Assembly: GCA_024137785.1 (NCBI GenBank)
Contig: JAHRHZ010000085.1
Location: 3,721,463 to 3,785,462, forward strand
Origin: Ginglymostoma cirratum
Lineage: Eukaryota
DNA: 64,000 nucleotides
Direction: 5' to 3'
Shown: in pieces, positions 1-13,448 of the stretch
How the letters are laid out: each line of letters begins with the position of its first letter
How positions within the stretch are numbered: the first letter of the stretch is position 1
Program-made: the position numbers and the translations under genes
The notes under the pieces: model-generated
What the model was told of the DNA's origin: nothing
Seen by the model: only the letters and a program-made list of their open reading frames with translations
Database searches by the model: none

Positions 1-1063
1 GGACCGCAACTTCCCCCCCCACAGTGGTCGAGAACGCCCTCGACCGTGTCTCCCGCATTTCCCGGAACACATCCCTCACGCCCCGTCCCCGCAACAATAA
101 CCAAAAAAGAATCCCCCTCGTCCTCACATACCACCCCACCAACCTCCGGATCCAACGCATCATCCTCCGACACTTCCGCCATCTGCAATGAGACCCCACC
201 ACCAAAGACATTTTTCCCTCCCCACCCTTATCTGCCTTCCAGAGGGACCACTCCCTCCGTGACTCCCTTGTCCGCTCCACACTCCCCTCCAGCCCCACCA
301 CACCCGGCACTTTTCCTTGTAACCGCAGGAAGTGCTACACCTGCCCCCACACCTCCTCCCTCACCCCAATCCCAGGCCCCAAGAAGACTTTCCACATCAG
401 GCAGAGGTTCACCTGCACATCTGCCAATGTGGTATACTGCATCCACTGTACCCGTTGTGGCTTCCTCTACATCGAGGAAACCAAGCGGAGGCTTGGGGAA
501 CGCTTTGCAGGACACCTGCGCTCAGTTCGCAACAAAAAACTGCACCTCCCAGTCGCGAACCATTTCAACTCCCCCTCCCATTCCTCAGATGACATGTCCA
601 TCCTTGGCCTCCTGCAATGCCACAGTGATGCCACCCAAAGGCTGCAGGAACAGCAAATCATATTCAGCCTGGGAACCCTGCAGCCCAATGGCATCAATGT
701 GGATTTCACAAGCTTCAAAATCTCCCCTCCCCCAACCGCATCCCAAAACCAGCCCAGCTCATCTCCACCTCCCTAACCTGTTTTTCCTCTCACCTCAAGC
801 CTCACCCCCATCTCCTATCTACTAACATCATCCCGCCCCCTTGACCTGTCCGTCCTCCCTGGACTGACCTATTTCCTCCCTACCCCCCTACCTACACTCA
901 CCTTTACTGGCTCCATCCCCGCCTCTTCGACTTGTCTGCCTCCTCTCCACCTATCCTCTCCTCTATCCATCCCCTATCCACCTCCCCCTCTCTCCATATT
1001 TATTTCAGAACCCTCTTCCCCTCCCCCATTTCTGATGAAGGGTTTAGGCCCGAAACGTCAAGT
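1..1063 (+). mobile_element. Penelope-like retroelement, 3' part (GIY-YIG region + pseudo-LTR), defective copy running off the window start
   Basis: Near-identical to 59467-60530. Encodes VVYCIHCTRCGFLYIEETKRRL...HFN. In-frame TGA at 189-191 (TCA in the other copy) and YIG->YIE. Confidence 0.93.
1032..1059 (+). ncRNA. Minimal hammerhead ribozyme motif in PLE pseudo-LTR
   Basis: CTGATGA-A-GGGT ttag GCCC-GAAACGTC: core boxes, stem II, palindromic ACGT stem III, GUC cleavage triplet. Confidence 0.8.
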
Positions 1064-1339
1064 TTCTCTGGTATTTCCTGTTTTATCTCAATTCACCAGC
1101 ATTCTGTAGTATTTTTCTTTTATTTGATTATTTGCTTGGGGCAGATTCAGTCTTTTTGCATCACCGTGCAAAGAACAAAAAAATGAATTCAGTTTGTGGA
1201 CAGTAAGTGAATTGAAATTGTATTTGGTGGAAAATTCCTCACTCTTACTGTTGTGTAGTTACGTGGGTTAAGATGGAAGTGATGAATAATTGTGTTTGGG
1301 TTGTTGAAGGTCAGTCATTTCAGCTCTAGTTCATTTTTA

Positions 1340-1700
1340 CAGGAGCGTATTGTCCAAGGCCCAATTATCCTCAGCTTTTTCAGCAATAACCTTCCCTCCA
1401 ATATCAGGGCTGAAGTGGGGATGTTTTCTGATGATTGCACAATGTTCAGCACCAACCCTTCGTTACTGAAGGAGCCCTTATTCAAATTCAAAAAGATCTT
1501 GTCAATATTCAGGTTTGGGCTGACAAGTAGCAAGTATACTGCTTCAGTACCTGAGTTGTCGTTAAAGTTGCTGAACATTGAAACAATCATCAGTGAACTT
1601 CCTCACTTCTACTATTATGATGAAGAGAAGGTCATAGATGAAGCAGCTGAAGATGGTTGGGACTGGGACATTATCCTGAGGAACTATATGGAAGGCTATT
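1340..1700. mobile_element. Two oppositely oriented fragments of the same LINE RT-core segment
   Basis: 1340-1535 (+) encodes NNLPSNIRAEVGMFSDDCTMFST. 1535-1700 matches the same region in reverse (compare 37525-37675). Confidence 0.65.
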
Positions 1701-2027
1701 TCATGGACATTCTGGGACCATACACAGTTTTTGAGATCATTTTGCACAATATTTCACATCATGCTGCCAGGGTCAATTCAGTTTATTTTTGTTATCTTTT
1801 CTCCTCTGTGCCCTCTGTCCATGGTCTCCTAAGTGCTCCAGTCGATTGCATAATGAAGTCAACTCTTCACTTCCCAAGCACTTTGCTGCCCTTTGAAATC
1901 CCCTGGTGAAGGAGCAGTGCACCAAAATCTTCTGATTTTAATTAAACCTGTTGGAGTATGACCTTGTGCCATGTGACATCTGACTTTGTCTATCCCAGTG
2001 CAACACCGGCAGCTCCACAGACTTCAT

Positions 2028-2056
2028 CTGATGAAGGAGTAACGATCCGAAAGCTA
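2028..2056 (+). ncRNA. Hammerhead-like motif, second repeat family (second unit of a degenerate tandem pair, ~1903-2105)
   Basis: CTGATGA-A-GGA gtaacga TCC-GAAAGCTA, with palindromic AGCT stem III. Decayed first copy at ~1903. Confidence 0.65.
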
Positions 2057-4199
2057 GTGATTTCAAATAAACTGGTCAGACTGTAACCTGTTGTCATGTG
2101 ACTCTTAAAATCCTGATTGAATTCTGCAAAATAAACCACATTATGCTTTCTTTTGACAGTTGCTGTTGATTATGCAGCATATAAAGCAGAACAATTCCAA
2201 TCCAGCTGATTGCTAGCCATCAGTCCACTCTGCAGCATAAGCAAGAAAACGGAGTTGTAGCTAACAGAAGTACTTACATAACAACTAACTGCACACTCAC
2301 AGTCAGTTTGTATTTCTGGACCATTTGACCCCCCTGATTAAAACTTTCATCAAAGCTTCTAGAAATGAACTAAGCACATGATGAGGTATGATACGGCAAG
2401 CAATTTCTTGGTAGCCAAAATAGAGCCAGAGGTCCACTCTGAGAAGAGAAAAGTCTGCATTTGTGCAGCACCTCTTCTGACCTTAACATTTCCTAAAGCG
2501 CTTTATAGGTAATGAAGTGCTTTTGGAGTAGTCACTGTTGTAAGCTAGGAAACACAAGTCAATTTGCATACAATGAATCCCACAAACAAGAAGTTGATAA
2601 TGACAGCAACTGTTTTAGTTCAATCATAAAACAAAGAACTGTGGATGCTGAAGATGTAATCAAAGGGCTCTTGAAATAAATAGACATTTCTTCACCCAAA
2701 GAGTGGTGAGCCTGTGGAAATCATTATCACCAGTATGTAATGGATGCCAAAGTATTGAATGTATTCAACAGGTGGCTAGATATAGCACTTGGGGTGAATG
2801 GGATCAAAGTCTATGGGGGAAAAGCAGGATTAGGCTATTGAGTTGGATGATCAGCCATAATGGCTACAAACGGCGAAACACGCTTGAAGGACTGAATTTC
2901 CTCCTCCTGCTCCTCTCTTCTATGTTCTTTGTTCTATGTCATACATACTTGAGCAATTGCCCATCATTTTGAAGAGTGTTGCTGTTGTATGAGATCAGCT
3001 TTACCCTCTAGGCTAGACTGCATGTCATCTACACTAAAAGGATGATGCAGTCGGGACTTAGTTTCTACACCATACACAGCTATTTCATTGGTTTCTGAGT
3101 ATCACTTGGAATGAAATGAATATGTCGCAAATTGGCATTTGTGATTGCGGAAACTTGATTGGAGGACGAGATGTGTTGTCAAATTTGAATGTTGAACTGA
3201 AAATGCTGGCAAATGCTTCATCCATTGTAATTTATGGACAAGTATTGTGCTCCCTCAGCCCTTTGCCACCAAATTCCCAAACCATGCCATTGATTCCTGA
3301 TATAATCTAGAACCTCCATCTCTGGTTAGTTGTTTAGAAGGCCACAAACAACATCAAAATATATGAATTTAGACAGCAGAGATCTAATCTGAGCTGTTAG
3401 TCGGGTGATCATGTAGATCTGTCAGTTGCCTGTTGATACCATTGTTTGCACACAGACTTGTTCTGCAGTTTCATTGGAACGGGAGTTCATGTTGGTCGTA
3501 GTTGGTGCTGCTTCTGGCATTCACTCCTGCAATCTGCAATGACCTAGGGCTGATCGCCAAGCCTGATGCTAGTATTCGAATATAACAAAACGTGAATTAC
3601 AGATTGCGGCTGAGTTTAATTTTGTTGTCGTTAAGGATTCACGTCACGCCACGGACATCAGCTCAAATTGTGTTCTGAATATTTAGTAGGTTGCATTGCT
3701 GTTTAGCATACCAGTGAGAATTCTCAGTGTGATTATTAGATATTGTCTTCATAAAATTCTTCGTTTTATGATTGAACTAAAAAAGATGGTTTCCGTCATT
3801 AATGATTTTTTGTTGGTGGGATTTATTGCGTTTATTGTGTAATGACTAACCTAATAAATATTGACTTGGGCCGGTACATCCGTGACAATTATGTTGATAT
3901 TAGTGAGGTTTTCTTTTCCTGTTTGAAGCTTTACCGGCACTAACCACATGCACAAATATCCTTCGGGACCAGGTCTGTTTGTTAACATTTCTGTGCTACC
4001 ATATCACTCTGGAAGCTGGCGTGAATGATTGACACCCAGATTGGTTTCTGTGCGATTGATATCCTCAGTGTTACTTCCAGGTGGTGATCAAGATAGCAGA
4101 GCACTGCTTCATCCATTGATGGAATGCGCTTGATGATAATCAACAGGAAATATTCTGTTGACTGAGCACCATTACAGCGCATGAGCCCCAGAGGCAATG

Positions 4200-6800
4200 T
4201 AAATCATACAAACATAAACGTAGGAGAAGTAGGTCATTCACCATCGAGTCTACTCTGCCATCAATGAAATCATGCCTGACCTGATAAGCCTCAGCTCCAC
4301 TTTCTTGCTTTTCCCCATATTCCTTATTTCCTTAATATACACAATTCTGTATGTCTCAGTCTTGAAACATATAAGAACCTATCCTCAACAGTTGCCTGAG
4401 GTAAAGAACCCCACAGATTCACGACCATATGAGACAGAAAAAAGTCCTCCACATCTTTGTTTTAAATGTGTGATTGCTTACTCAGATATATCTGATCTTA
4501 GACTCTCCTGCTGGAACAAACAAGTTCTCAGCATCTACCCCATCATGCCCATAAGAATCTTTCGCATTTCGACAATATAGCCTTTCATTCTTCTAAATTT
4601 CAGTGAGGAGGCCAACCTGGTCAAACTCCCCTCATAACAAAATCCATCCATACCAGGAATCAACCCTTTGAACTTTCTCAAGGCTGCCAGTATGTTTTCC
4701 TTAGGTGAGGAACCAAAACTGTCTATAGTTTTCTAGGTGTGGTCTGGCTAGTGCCTTATGTATGTAGGCAGGATCTCCCTATTTATCTTCCACTTCCTTT
4801 GCAGTACAATTAAATAGCATGTATGTCCTATTACCGGCTGAAATTTGATACCAGTCTTTATGAATCATGTATGAGAACAACAAAATTACTCTGTGTTGCA
4901 GCTTTCTGCATTATTCCCCCATTTTAGTAATATTCAGCTCTTCTATACTTCCTGCCAAAGTGCATAGCCTCACGTTTTCCCATATTATACTCATCTGGCA
5001 AGTTATTGCCCAGTCACTTAACCTGTGCTAATCTTATATAGACTCATTGTGTCATCCTCACTCTTTGCCTTTCTATATATTTTTGTGTCATTCACCAACT
5101 TTGTGAGAGTGCGATCACTTCCTGCAACCAAGCCATCAACGTATTTGTTGAAAGTAAATGGGGGCCCAGTACATTTTGACATTCCAATAGTTGTAGGTTG
5201 CCACTATGCAAATCCCCCATTACCCCAACTCTCTGTCTTATATTAGTTAGCCAATGCTCTATAAATGCAAGTACACTATCTTCAACACCGTGGGCTCTTG
5301 ACTTATTAAGTAGCCTTATGTGTGATGTTGCTTCATCAAATACTTTGTGGAAATCAAAATATATTGCATTCACTACTTCCCCTTCATTCACCTTGTTGGT
5401 CACCTCCTCAAGTATCTTGAATAAAATTTCATAAATGATTTCCCGTTAATGAACCCATGTTGACTCTGCTTGATTATATTATGCATTATTAAATGTTCTT
5501 CTATTCTATACTTTATAACACGATCTAACATCTTCCCAATGACATATTTTCAGCTAAGTGGAGTTAACTGTCCATGTATTTGTTATTTGTTTTGTGGAAA
5601 CATAGCACATAGGAACAGGAGTATGCTATTTGGCCCTTTGAGACTGCTCTAACATTCGTTATTATCATGGATATCATCCAACTCGGTAACCTGTTCCCGC
5701 TTTCTTCCCACACAATTTGATCCCTACATCTAACACCTGCTTGAAAACATTGAACATGTTTGTCTCAACCACTTTCATTGACAGAGAATTCCAAGGATCC
5801 ACGACTCTCTGATTGAGGAAATTTCTCCTCATCTCAGTCGCGCATGTCTTTGACCACTAGTTCTGGACTCCCTGGTTGTCAGGAAAATCTTTCCTGTGTT
5901 TAAACGATCTAGTCTGGGAATTTTATAGGTTTGTATGAGCCCTCCTCATTCCTCTAAACTCCAGTGCAAACAGACCTAACCAATCCAGTCTTTCTTCATA
6001 CAGAAGTCTTATATGACCATGAATCTTTGTTGCATTCCCTCCATCGTCGACCAAAACTGCACATAATTCTCTAGGTATGGTCTCAGTAAGACCCTCTCCA
6101 TTGCAGCAAGACATCCTTGGTCCTGTACATGAATCCTTTCACCATGAAGCCCCAGAAGACCATATGCCTTCTTCACCGCCTACTGCATCTGCATGCTTAA
6201 TTTCACTGACTGGTGTATAAGGACACACAGGTCTCATTGCACCTCCCCTTTTCAATCTGTTGCCGTGCAGATAATAACCTGTCAGCCTTTTCCTTTATTT
6301 TCCTACCAAAACAGATAACATCACATTTATTCACATTGTACTGCATTTGCTATGTACTTTCTGATTCAATCAATTGTCCAAATCACGCTGAATCATCACT
6401 ACATTCTCCTCACAGTTCAGCCACCCGCACTGCTTCACAAACTTGGTGATATCACTTTTAGATCCTTCACAAAAATCATTAATACATTTTGTGAATAGCT
6501 GGAGACCAAACATTGATCCCTTTGGCACACCACTGGTCACTATCTGCTACTCAGAAATCGACCTGTTTATTCATTTTTTTTTGTTTCTTGTCTGCCTACC
6601 AAATCTGTCAATGTCAGTTCATGACTCCCAATCCCTTGTGTTCAATTTCATATGATAATTATGCATGTCCCCTCTATTCTCCTTTTTGTTTTGAAATATT
6701 AGAGTTACATGAGCTATTCTCAATCCATTGGAGCTATTCCAGAGTCTATATATTCTTGAAGGATGACCAGCAATGCATCCACGTTGTCTTCTTTAAGGTC
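4200..6800 (-). mobile_element. Old CR1-type LINE fragments
   Basis: Minus-strand peptides VNAIYFDFHKVFD...RLLNKSRAHGV...WLTNIRQRV and LLYEERLDWLGLFALEFRGMR; many stops and frameshifts. Confidence 0.75.
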
Positions 6801-7749
6801 CACTTCTTTAAATTCAACTATTCAGACCTATGTATTAATCAGCATTTAATTCCAACAATTTCCCTAACACCATTTACTTATTAATACTGAGTTCATTTAG
6901 TTTCTCCCTCCCACTAGACCATATGTCCTGCAGAAATTTGGGACGCACATTTGACTTCATGAATCGTTTTCTCTTTACATATGTAAGAAGCTTTTGCAGT
7001 CAGCTTGTATGTTTCCCACCATTTTACTCTGGCAGATTCCCACCTCCTAATCAATTCCTTTGTCCTCCTTCATCGAAATCTACAGAATGAACAAGTGTTG
7101 TTGCTCATCACTGCACTTTTTTATGATTGTCATTGTCATCCCTTTGAGTAGCATTCCCTAATTATCACCGTCAGCTCATGCCTCAAACAATCATAGTGTC
7201 CTTCATTTAGATTCAGTACCCTCATCTCAGAATCAACTTCATCACTCTCCATCTAATGAAAAATACTATCATATTACGATCACTCTTCCGAAAAGGCCTC
7301 GCTCAATTGCAAAATAATTTCTCATACCCCTGCAGTTTGAATAATGTTCCTACATTGAAAGTTTTCTAATGATCTAGAATTTTTTTCCAGAATCTCACAA
7401 ATTTTGGAAGATTACTACAGATGCAGTCATTGTCTCTGCATCTATTTGTTGATGCACTGGTCGCACCCAGTCTCCAGCAGCTATATTAATCAGTCACCAG
7501 CAATGGCAATGCCCAGATCCAGTGCCAGATTCCCCACGAAGACCATAGTTCAGTCATGTGGAATAATACTGTCCAAGCATCACCAGTGGCATGACTGAAT
7601 CACTAATCCATAATGAACCAGCCCTCAGGTTTACATGTCTCACTCAACCAGTTACCTGCAGTGGAACATTTATGCATCAGAAAATATATCAATCAATTAC
7701 CAGAAATACAATTATCTAACGATCATGATCAGTGCAATCTCGGGGGAAT

Positions 7750-8475
7750 TACCAAGTAAATGGCAGAAACAGGAGCGTTGTCGAAAAAAAAGGATCTTGG
7801 AGTGGAGGCTCATAATTCCTTTAAAGTGGAATCGCTGGGGGATAGGGTAATGAAGAAGGCATTTAGTGTGCTTGCCTTTATTGTTCAATGTATTGAGTAT
7901 AGGAGTTGGGAGGTCATGTTACAGCTGTACAGAACATGGTTCGGCCATTTTTGGAATACTGCGTTCAATTCTAGTCTCCCTGCCAAAGGGAAGAGTGAGA
8001 CTTGGAAGGGTTCAGAAAAGATTTACAAAGGTTGGAGGGCTTGAGCCAAAGGGAGAGGTTGAACAAACTAGTTCTATTTTCACTGATATGTCAGAGGATG
8101 AGACATAACTTTATGGAAGTTTATAAAATCATGAGGGGCATGGATAGGGTGCATACACAAGGTCTGTTCCCTTGGATAGGGAAGTCCAAAACTGAAGGGC
8201 ATAGGCTTAAAGTGATATAAGAATGATTTAAAAGGGCCCTAAGGGACAACTTTTACATGCAGACAGTGGTGTGTATATAGAATGAACTGCCATAGGGAGT
8301 GGTTGAGGCTGGTATAATTAGAACATTTAAAAAGCATCTGGGTGGGTATATGGATAGGAAATGTTTAGAGGGATATGAGTCAAATGCTGGCAAATGGGAC
8401 TAGATTAATTTTGTATATGGTCACCATGGTCAAGTTGGAACAAAGGGTCTGTTTCTGTACATCACTATGACTTTA
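7750..8475 (+). mobile_element. CR1 LINE 3' fragment
   Basis: CIEYRSWEVMLQLYRT / RVQKRFT / EVYKIMRGMDRV, followed by a CR1-type 3' tail. Confidence 0.85.
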
Positions 8476-8968
8476 TAAGTATTGAGAATCATTTACAACC
8501 GGTCACCAGCACAGACACAATTCAGTTATCCCAAGACTTTGGCAGGAAAGAGCTAATCCATACATTCATTTGAATTAGCATCATCCAGTCACCACCGTTA
8601 GCATTCATGAGTAGAACCCACCAGCACTTACGCTCATTCAGAATTCCCAGTAACTTCAGAAGATTGTCGAGGAGTATCAGCAGCAAGAAAGGGAGGTATC
8701 TCTGAATGATCACCAGCAGTATCGAGTCTCAAGAGCAAACACTCGGTCACCAGTATACTGAGCAGTCATCACGAACACCATAACCCAAATGCATATCGCC
8801 ATCAAAAGTAAGCAGTCACCAGGGGAACAACATAAACAACTGTTCACCACCAGCATCGCTTCATCAACGTCCAAAACTCAATGCTCACCAGAAAATATTG
8901 AATTAGCAGCACAACCATCCCCTAGAGATAGAAACAGAAGTATCTCCATTTCGCTTCATTTCTGACAG

Positions 8969-9286
8969 CTACTGAAGTGAACTGTCAGTGCATCAGGCCC
9001 CCGACCGTATGACTGCTCTGAAAGGTGCTAATGCATCCATGAATTGCTCAGCGATACTTTTCCTTCTCAGAGTAAAGGTAGATCTTTCTTGGTGGAGAAA
9101 TGGCCCGGACACAGCTTTGGCTCCTTCTAAAGACAAAAGGAAAGTAATAATGTGGCGCAATCAAGGCACTTCCGAGTTCTTTCTCATGAATGTGACAATG
9201 CAAGATTCAGGCGTCTATTACTGCAGCGTTAAAAAAAGGGACAGGAAAGATTTCCAATGGCAGTGGGACCAAGCTTATTGTTCACG
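8969..9286 (+). pseudogene. Gene A: VJ-type Ig V exon (disabled)
   Basis: Acceptor tttctgacag; SMNC...WWRNG...DSGVYYC. One frameshift near the start and a +1 in A7 (9231-9237) that hides KISNGSGTKLIVH. Donor is ATGAGT instead of GTGAGT. Confidence 0.9.
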
Positions 9287-9349
9287 ATGAGTGACACTGT
9301 GGAAAGAATGGGCTCGCTAAAATTAGGTACGCAAATTTCAGCTACTAAA

Positions 9350-10145
9350 ACCATAGAGTCATAGAGTTGTACAGCATAGAAACAGACGATTCGGTCCAAC
9401 TTGTCCGTACCAACCAGATATCCTAAATTAACCTAGTCACATTTAACAGCATTTGGCCCATATCCCTCTAAACTCTTCTTCTTCACATACCCATCCAGAT
9501 GTTTTTTAAATGTTGCAATTGTACCAGCCTCCATTTCTTCCTCTGGCAGTTCATTCCACACACGCGCCACCTTCTGTTTGAAAAAGCTGCCCCTTAGGTC
9601 TCTTTTAAATTATTTTCCTTTCACTTTAAACCTACGCCCTCTAGTTTTGGACTTCGCTAGCCTGGGGAAAAGACCTTGGCTATTTACCCTATCCGTGCCC
9701 CACATGATTTTGTACAAGCTTTATAATGTCACCTCTCAGCCTCCGACGCTCCAGGGAACATAGCCTCAGCCTATTCAGCCTTTCCCAATCGCTCAAACCC
9801 TCCAACAAGGAAACATCCTTGTAAATCTTTTCTGCACCCTTTCAAGTTTCACAACATCCTTCCTATAGCAGGACGACCAGAAATGCACGCAGTATTCCAC
9901 AAGTGGCCTAACCAGTGTCTTGTGCAGTGGCAACATGACCTCCCAACTCCTATGCCCAATGCACTGACCAATAGAGGCAAGCGTACCAAACACCATCTTC
10001 ACTGTCCTGTCTACCTGGGACTCCACCTTCAAGGAACTATGAACCTGCACTCCAAGATCTCTTTGTTCAGCAACACACCCAAGGACCTTACCAGTAAGTA
10101 CCTAAGTCCTGCACTGATTTGCCTTTCCAACATGCAGCGCCTCAT
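9350..10145 (-). mobile_element. CR1 LINE 3' fragment in gene A intron
   Basis: TLVRPLVEYCVHFWSSCYRKDVVKLERVQKRFTRM on the minus strand. Confidence 0.88.
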
Positions 10146-10662
10146 ATTCGACTGAGATTTACTGACGAGAAGTTTTCTTCCGATTCTGCTTTACGTGCTT
10201 ATTTTCACCTATTTGGCAGCGTCTCTTGTCTACGCAGAGCCGATCTGTTTACCGCACTATATCCAAACGCTAGACATTAAGTAAATGTTAACAGCAAAAA
10301 TAGAAGTTGCTGGAAAAGCTCGGACCTGCTGAGCTTTTCCATCAGCTTCTGTTTTTGTTCCTGATTTACAGCATCCGCAGTTTTTTCGGTTTTAATTTTT
10401 TTTCTATGAACTATCGCAATGTTGTATATGCCTACTTTTTATCATGAATTATCTGTCATCAGCGTCATTGACGCTGTCGGCATTATGTGCTTACCCTTTT
10501 TTTTGCTGAAGAAGATGTTTGATCCGTCCCCCGCGCCCCCTCCCTTTCCCATCCGCCATTCTTTGAATTGAGGATATAGAATGTGCGAACACCGGGCTTT
10601 CAAGTTTGAATTTCAAGAGTTCTGATCTTGTGGGAATGAAAGGACGCTGAGATATTTCCGAG

Positions 10663-10859
10663 ATAGTAGTAGGAACTGCCGATGCTGGAGAATCTGAGAA
10701 AACAAGTTGTAGAGCTGGATGAACACAGCAGACCACGCAGCTTGAGGAGCAGGAAAGCTGACGTTTCGGGTCTGGACCCTTCAGAAAAAAAAAGCTTTCC
10801 TGCTCCTCTGATGCTGCCTGTCCTGCTGTGTTCATCCAGCTCTACACCTTGTCATATGG
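10663..10859. mobile_element. Foldback insertion made of two inverted PLE pseudo-LTR pieces
   Basis: Inverted arms around an A-run; flanking direct repeat GATATTTCCGAG at 10651-10662 and 10860-10871. Confidence 0.75.
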
Positions 10860-13166
10860 GATATTTCCGAGTCGGGATAATTCCCGGTTTGAAACGATGT
10901 GACAGCTGCATTTCAAAACTGCCGGATTTCACTTCTGATACATGAAACATAATGTCTACTGGGTGTAGGTTTTGTAGACGATATTGACTGAAACTGCGTG
11001 CAAATAAAGTGAAGGGAGTCGCTGTCCACGGTAGTGTTGGGCGAATGTTTTTTTCTCTTTGCAAGCATGTTAGGAGTTGCGTCATCTTTTCTTATCTAGA
11101 AAACTGGAGAGTGTTCTATCAGATTCCTGGCTTGTAGGTGGTAGGGAGAGTCCTACTACAAAACAGCTTCATCACTCGCCGTGGAACATCCAGCATCTGG
11201 TCCGCTGGACTGAACCTCGGCACTTGTATAGTCATTGATATCCCAGAGTTGCAAATAGACAGTTTGCCGTAGCTGCCTTTGCAGTATTTTTCAACATTTG
11301 GATAATTAGGATAAAAGAAAATACATATTTATTTTCTGAATAAAACCCGTTTGCCTGTCGCTTCATTCGAGCGATGAACCTGAGCTGCTCACTCAGAAAA
11401 TCAATATCATGTTTCCCAACTTCTCGCCGAATCAAACCTTGGAAATTACAATGACATTGTTAATAACTTACAGAAAATGAAAAAAAAAGAGAAATTGATA
11501 GCTTCGGAGATGGGGAAGTGATGATTGGAATGAACACTAGCTAATACATTGCAGTATTATTAATATCATGAAAGGATCCGTATATTTACTGATAACGGAT
11601 TTTATTGATGCTTACAGACGTTAATGATAATTCATTTGCTTCCATTATCTGTAGCGCTTGTACAGTATCACTTTATTCACCAGAAAAACAGTCTGTACTT
11701 GTAATCATAAATTTAGGGGCTTGCAGATATTAATGTTAACGGGAGCATTGGATTTACAATTGATGGATTTATTTACGGAGGTGGGACTGTTTTCCGTTTT
11801 CACATTTATTTAGACATACTGCAAGGGTCGATATTATATCGGGAAGATTTGTTTTTCAAATACAGGATGCTGAGACCTTTCAATCTAACAGAACCCAGTC
11901 TCAGACGGTGGAAACCATGGGGTGGTTATTTGCTGTTTCAATTCAGCCTGAGACTTTCGCGGTTGTACAGATGCAGCCTTTTTCCATCCTATAGAAGCCG
12001 GAGCCAGGCAACAGGTCGTCAGGGATAGAACGGATGGTATACAAGATGGTGGAGCAGGGCCATGAGGAGAACACAAGCGAACGTAGTCAGCCCAGGGACC
12101 GGGAGGATAACATGTTCATTGGGAGATGGTGAATATAATACGTTAATGAGTCAATGACTAACTAACAGACGGAGGGACCGCCAGAGCAGGAGTGGATCCA
12201 TTGGCATGATCTTGGGAAATAAATTACATATTGAAATCACAAATAATATATTCCTGATAAACAGCCAGTAGTGATCTTGTAGTTTTGGCAAAACAGCATG
12301 GGAGATGAACAGCTCTTATTTGAATTGAAAGTGGGGATAGTAAAATTCGGAAGTGGAGTAGTCATGGATCAGGGAAGTAAAATAAAATTCATACTCGCTC
12401 GCCTGTAGGATGAGTCTATTCATTCCGTGATTGTGTTGGGGATGCCTGAGAAACATAATTGCGAGTATCTTTAAAGAATATAAATCACAGAGTTCATAGG
12501 TGAATTAGTTTCAAAGTTTACTGAAAATTATAAAAAAAAATTAACTGAGATTTCAATTTGTTTCAATACAGAAATGACCTCTCCGAGGTCAAAGTTAGTT
12601 CAAGGCAATAACAAATAGATCATTGCATTTTCTGTTTCAAGTTAATCAAGCTGATTATGACAATGCCATAATGTACACATACTATTATTCTTTGTTTATT
12701 TAAATAGGTTCTTTCATTTTCATGTAGTAGGGAATGCAGATATTAATGCTAATGAGAGATTCGAAAGTGAATGTATCTCAATGTATAGTTAAGCGACTTA
12801 TTTAAAGAGGCAGAGTGGTTTCCGTTTTAAGATTTATAGATGAACCGCGGAGATCTAAACCGCTGTGAGATTTTTTTTAAACATTAGATGCGGACACCCT
12901 TCAGTCTAAAACTATTATGTTGAACATTGTGAAAACTGTGCATAATGTTCTATTTAATATTTCTCGTTAGAGACCCCTGTAATTAATCAAGTTGGATTCT
13001 ATCTGTTCCTTCTGTAACACGAATGATGTTTGACTGTAGCTGCTATCAGATAGAAATACTACATAATGAACATGGCAGCTGTTAAAATGTTCAACTCCTT
13101 AGATAGCCATTCTTCTTTTTCTCTAACATAACGAATAATGACTTATTTCCATAATCTAATTCACAG

Positions 13167-13448
13167 TGCCACCGACTCCGGTGATGATTACTCCGCAATT
13201 CTCTCCAATCCTCACAGTCCTCTGTAAAACAATTGGCTTCTTCCCTGAAGACTTTAACCTCACTAGGTATAAAAATGGCAGTGAGATTACATCTGGAATA
13301 AACACTACGACAAAACAAAATGGAGAGGGACTATTTGAAGTTTCCAGCATCCAGAACCCTTTGGAGAGTTGGTCAACTTACACCTGCCAGGTTTCTCATG
13401 TATCACTTGAAGCCCCAGCCAGAGATAATTGCACAGTTCTGCATCAAG
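13167..13448 (+). pseudogene. Gene A: Ig C1-set exon
   Basis: ttcacag acceptor; LTVLCKTIGFFPEDFNLTRYKNG...GLFEVSS...YTCQVSHVSL. C-strand Trp->Arg (AGG 13265-13267). No GT at the expected donor. Confidence 0.88.

Noticed and set aside
1292-1909. 205-aa ORF
   Set aside because: Chance read-through of sense and antisense LINE fragments.
3489-3547. Possible leader for gene A (LVLLLAFTPAIC)
   Set aside because: No clear homology to the B-D leaders, contains a stop, and has no GT donor. The leader of A was not found.
8480-8920. Repeated CACCAGCA-type units, superficially array-like
   Set aside because: Irregular degenerate low-complexity repeat in eukaryotic DNA; not a CRISPR array or a recognisable switch region.
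9273-9301. RSS-like GCTTATTGT-13nt-CACTGTG just after V of gene A
   Set aside because: The nonamer lies inside the J-like coding motif, orientation and position are wrong for V recombination, no J segment follows, and it is not conserved in B-D.
13162-13168. CACAGTG heptamer
   Set aside because: It is simply the C1 splice acceptor; there is no nonamer.
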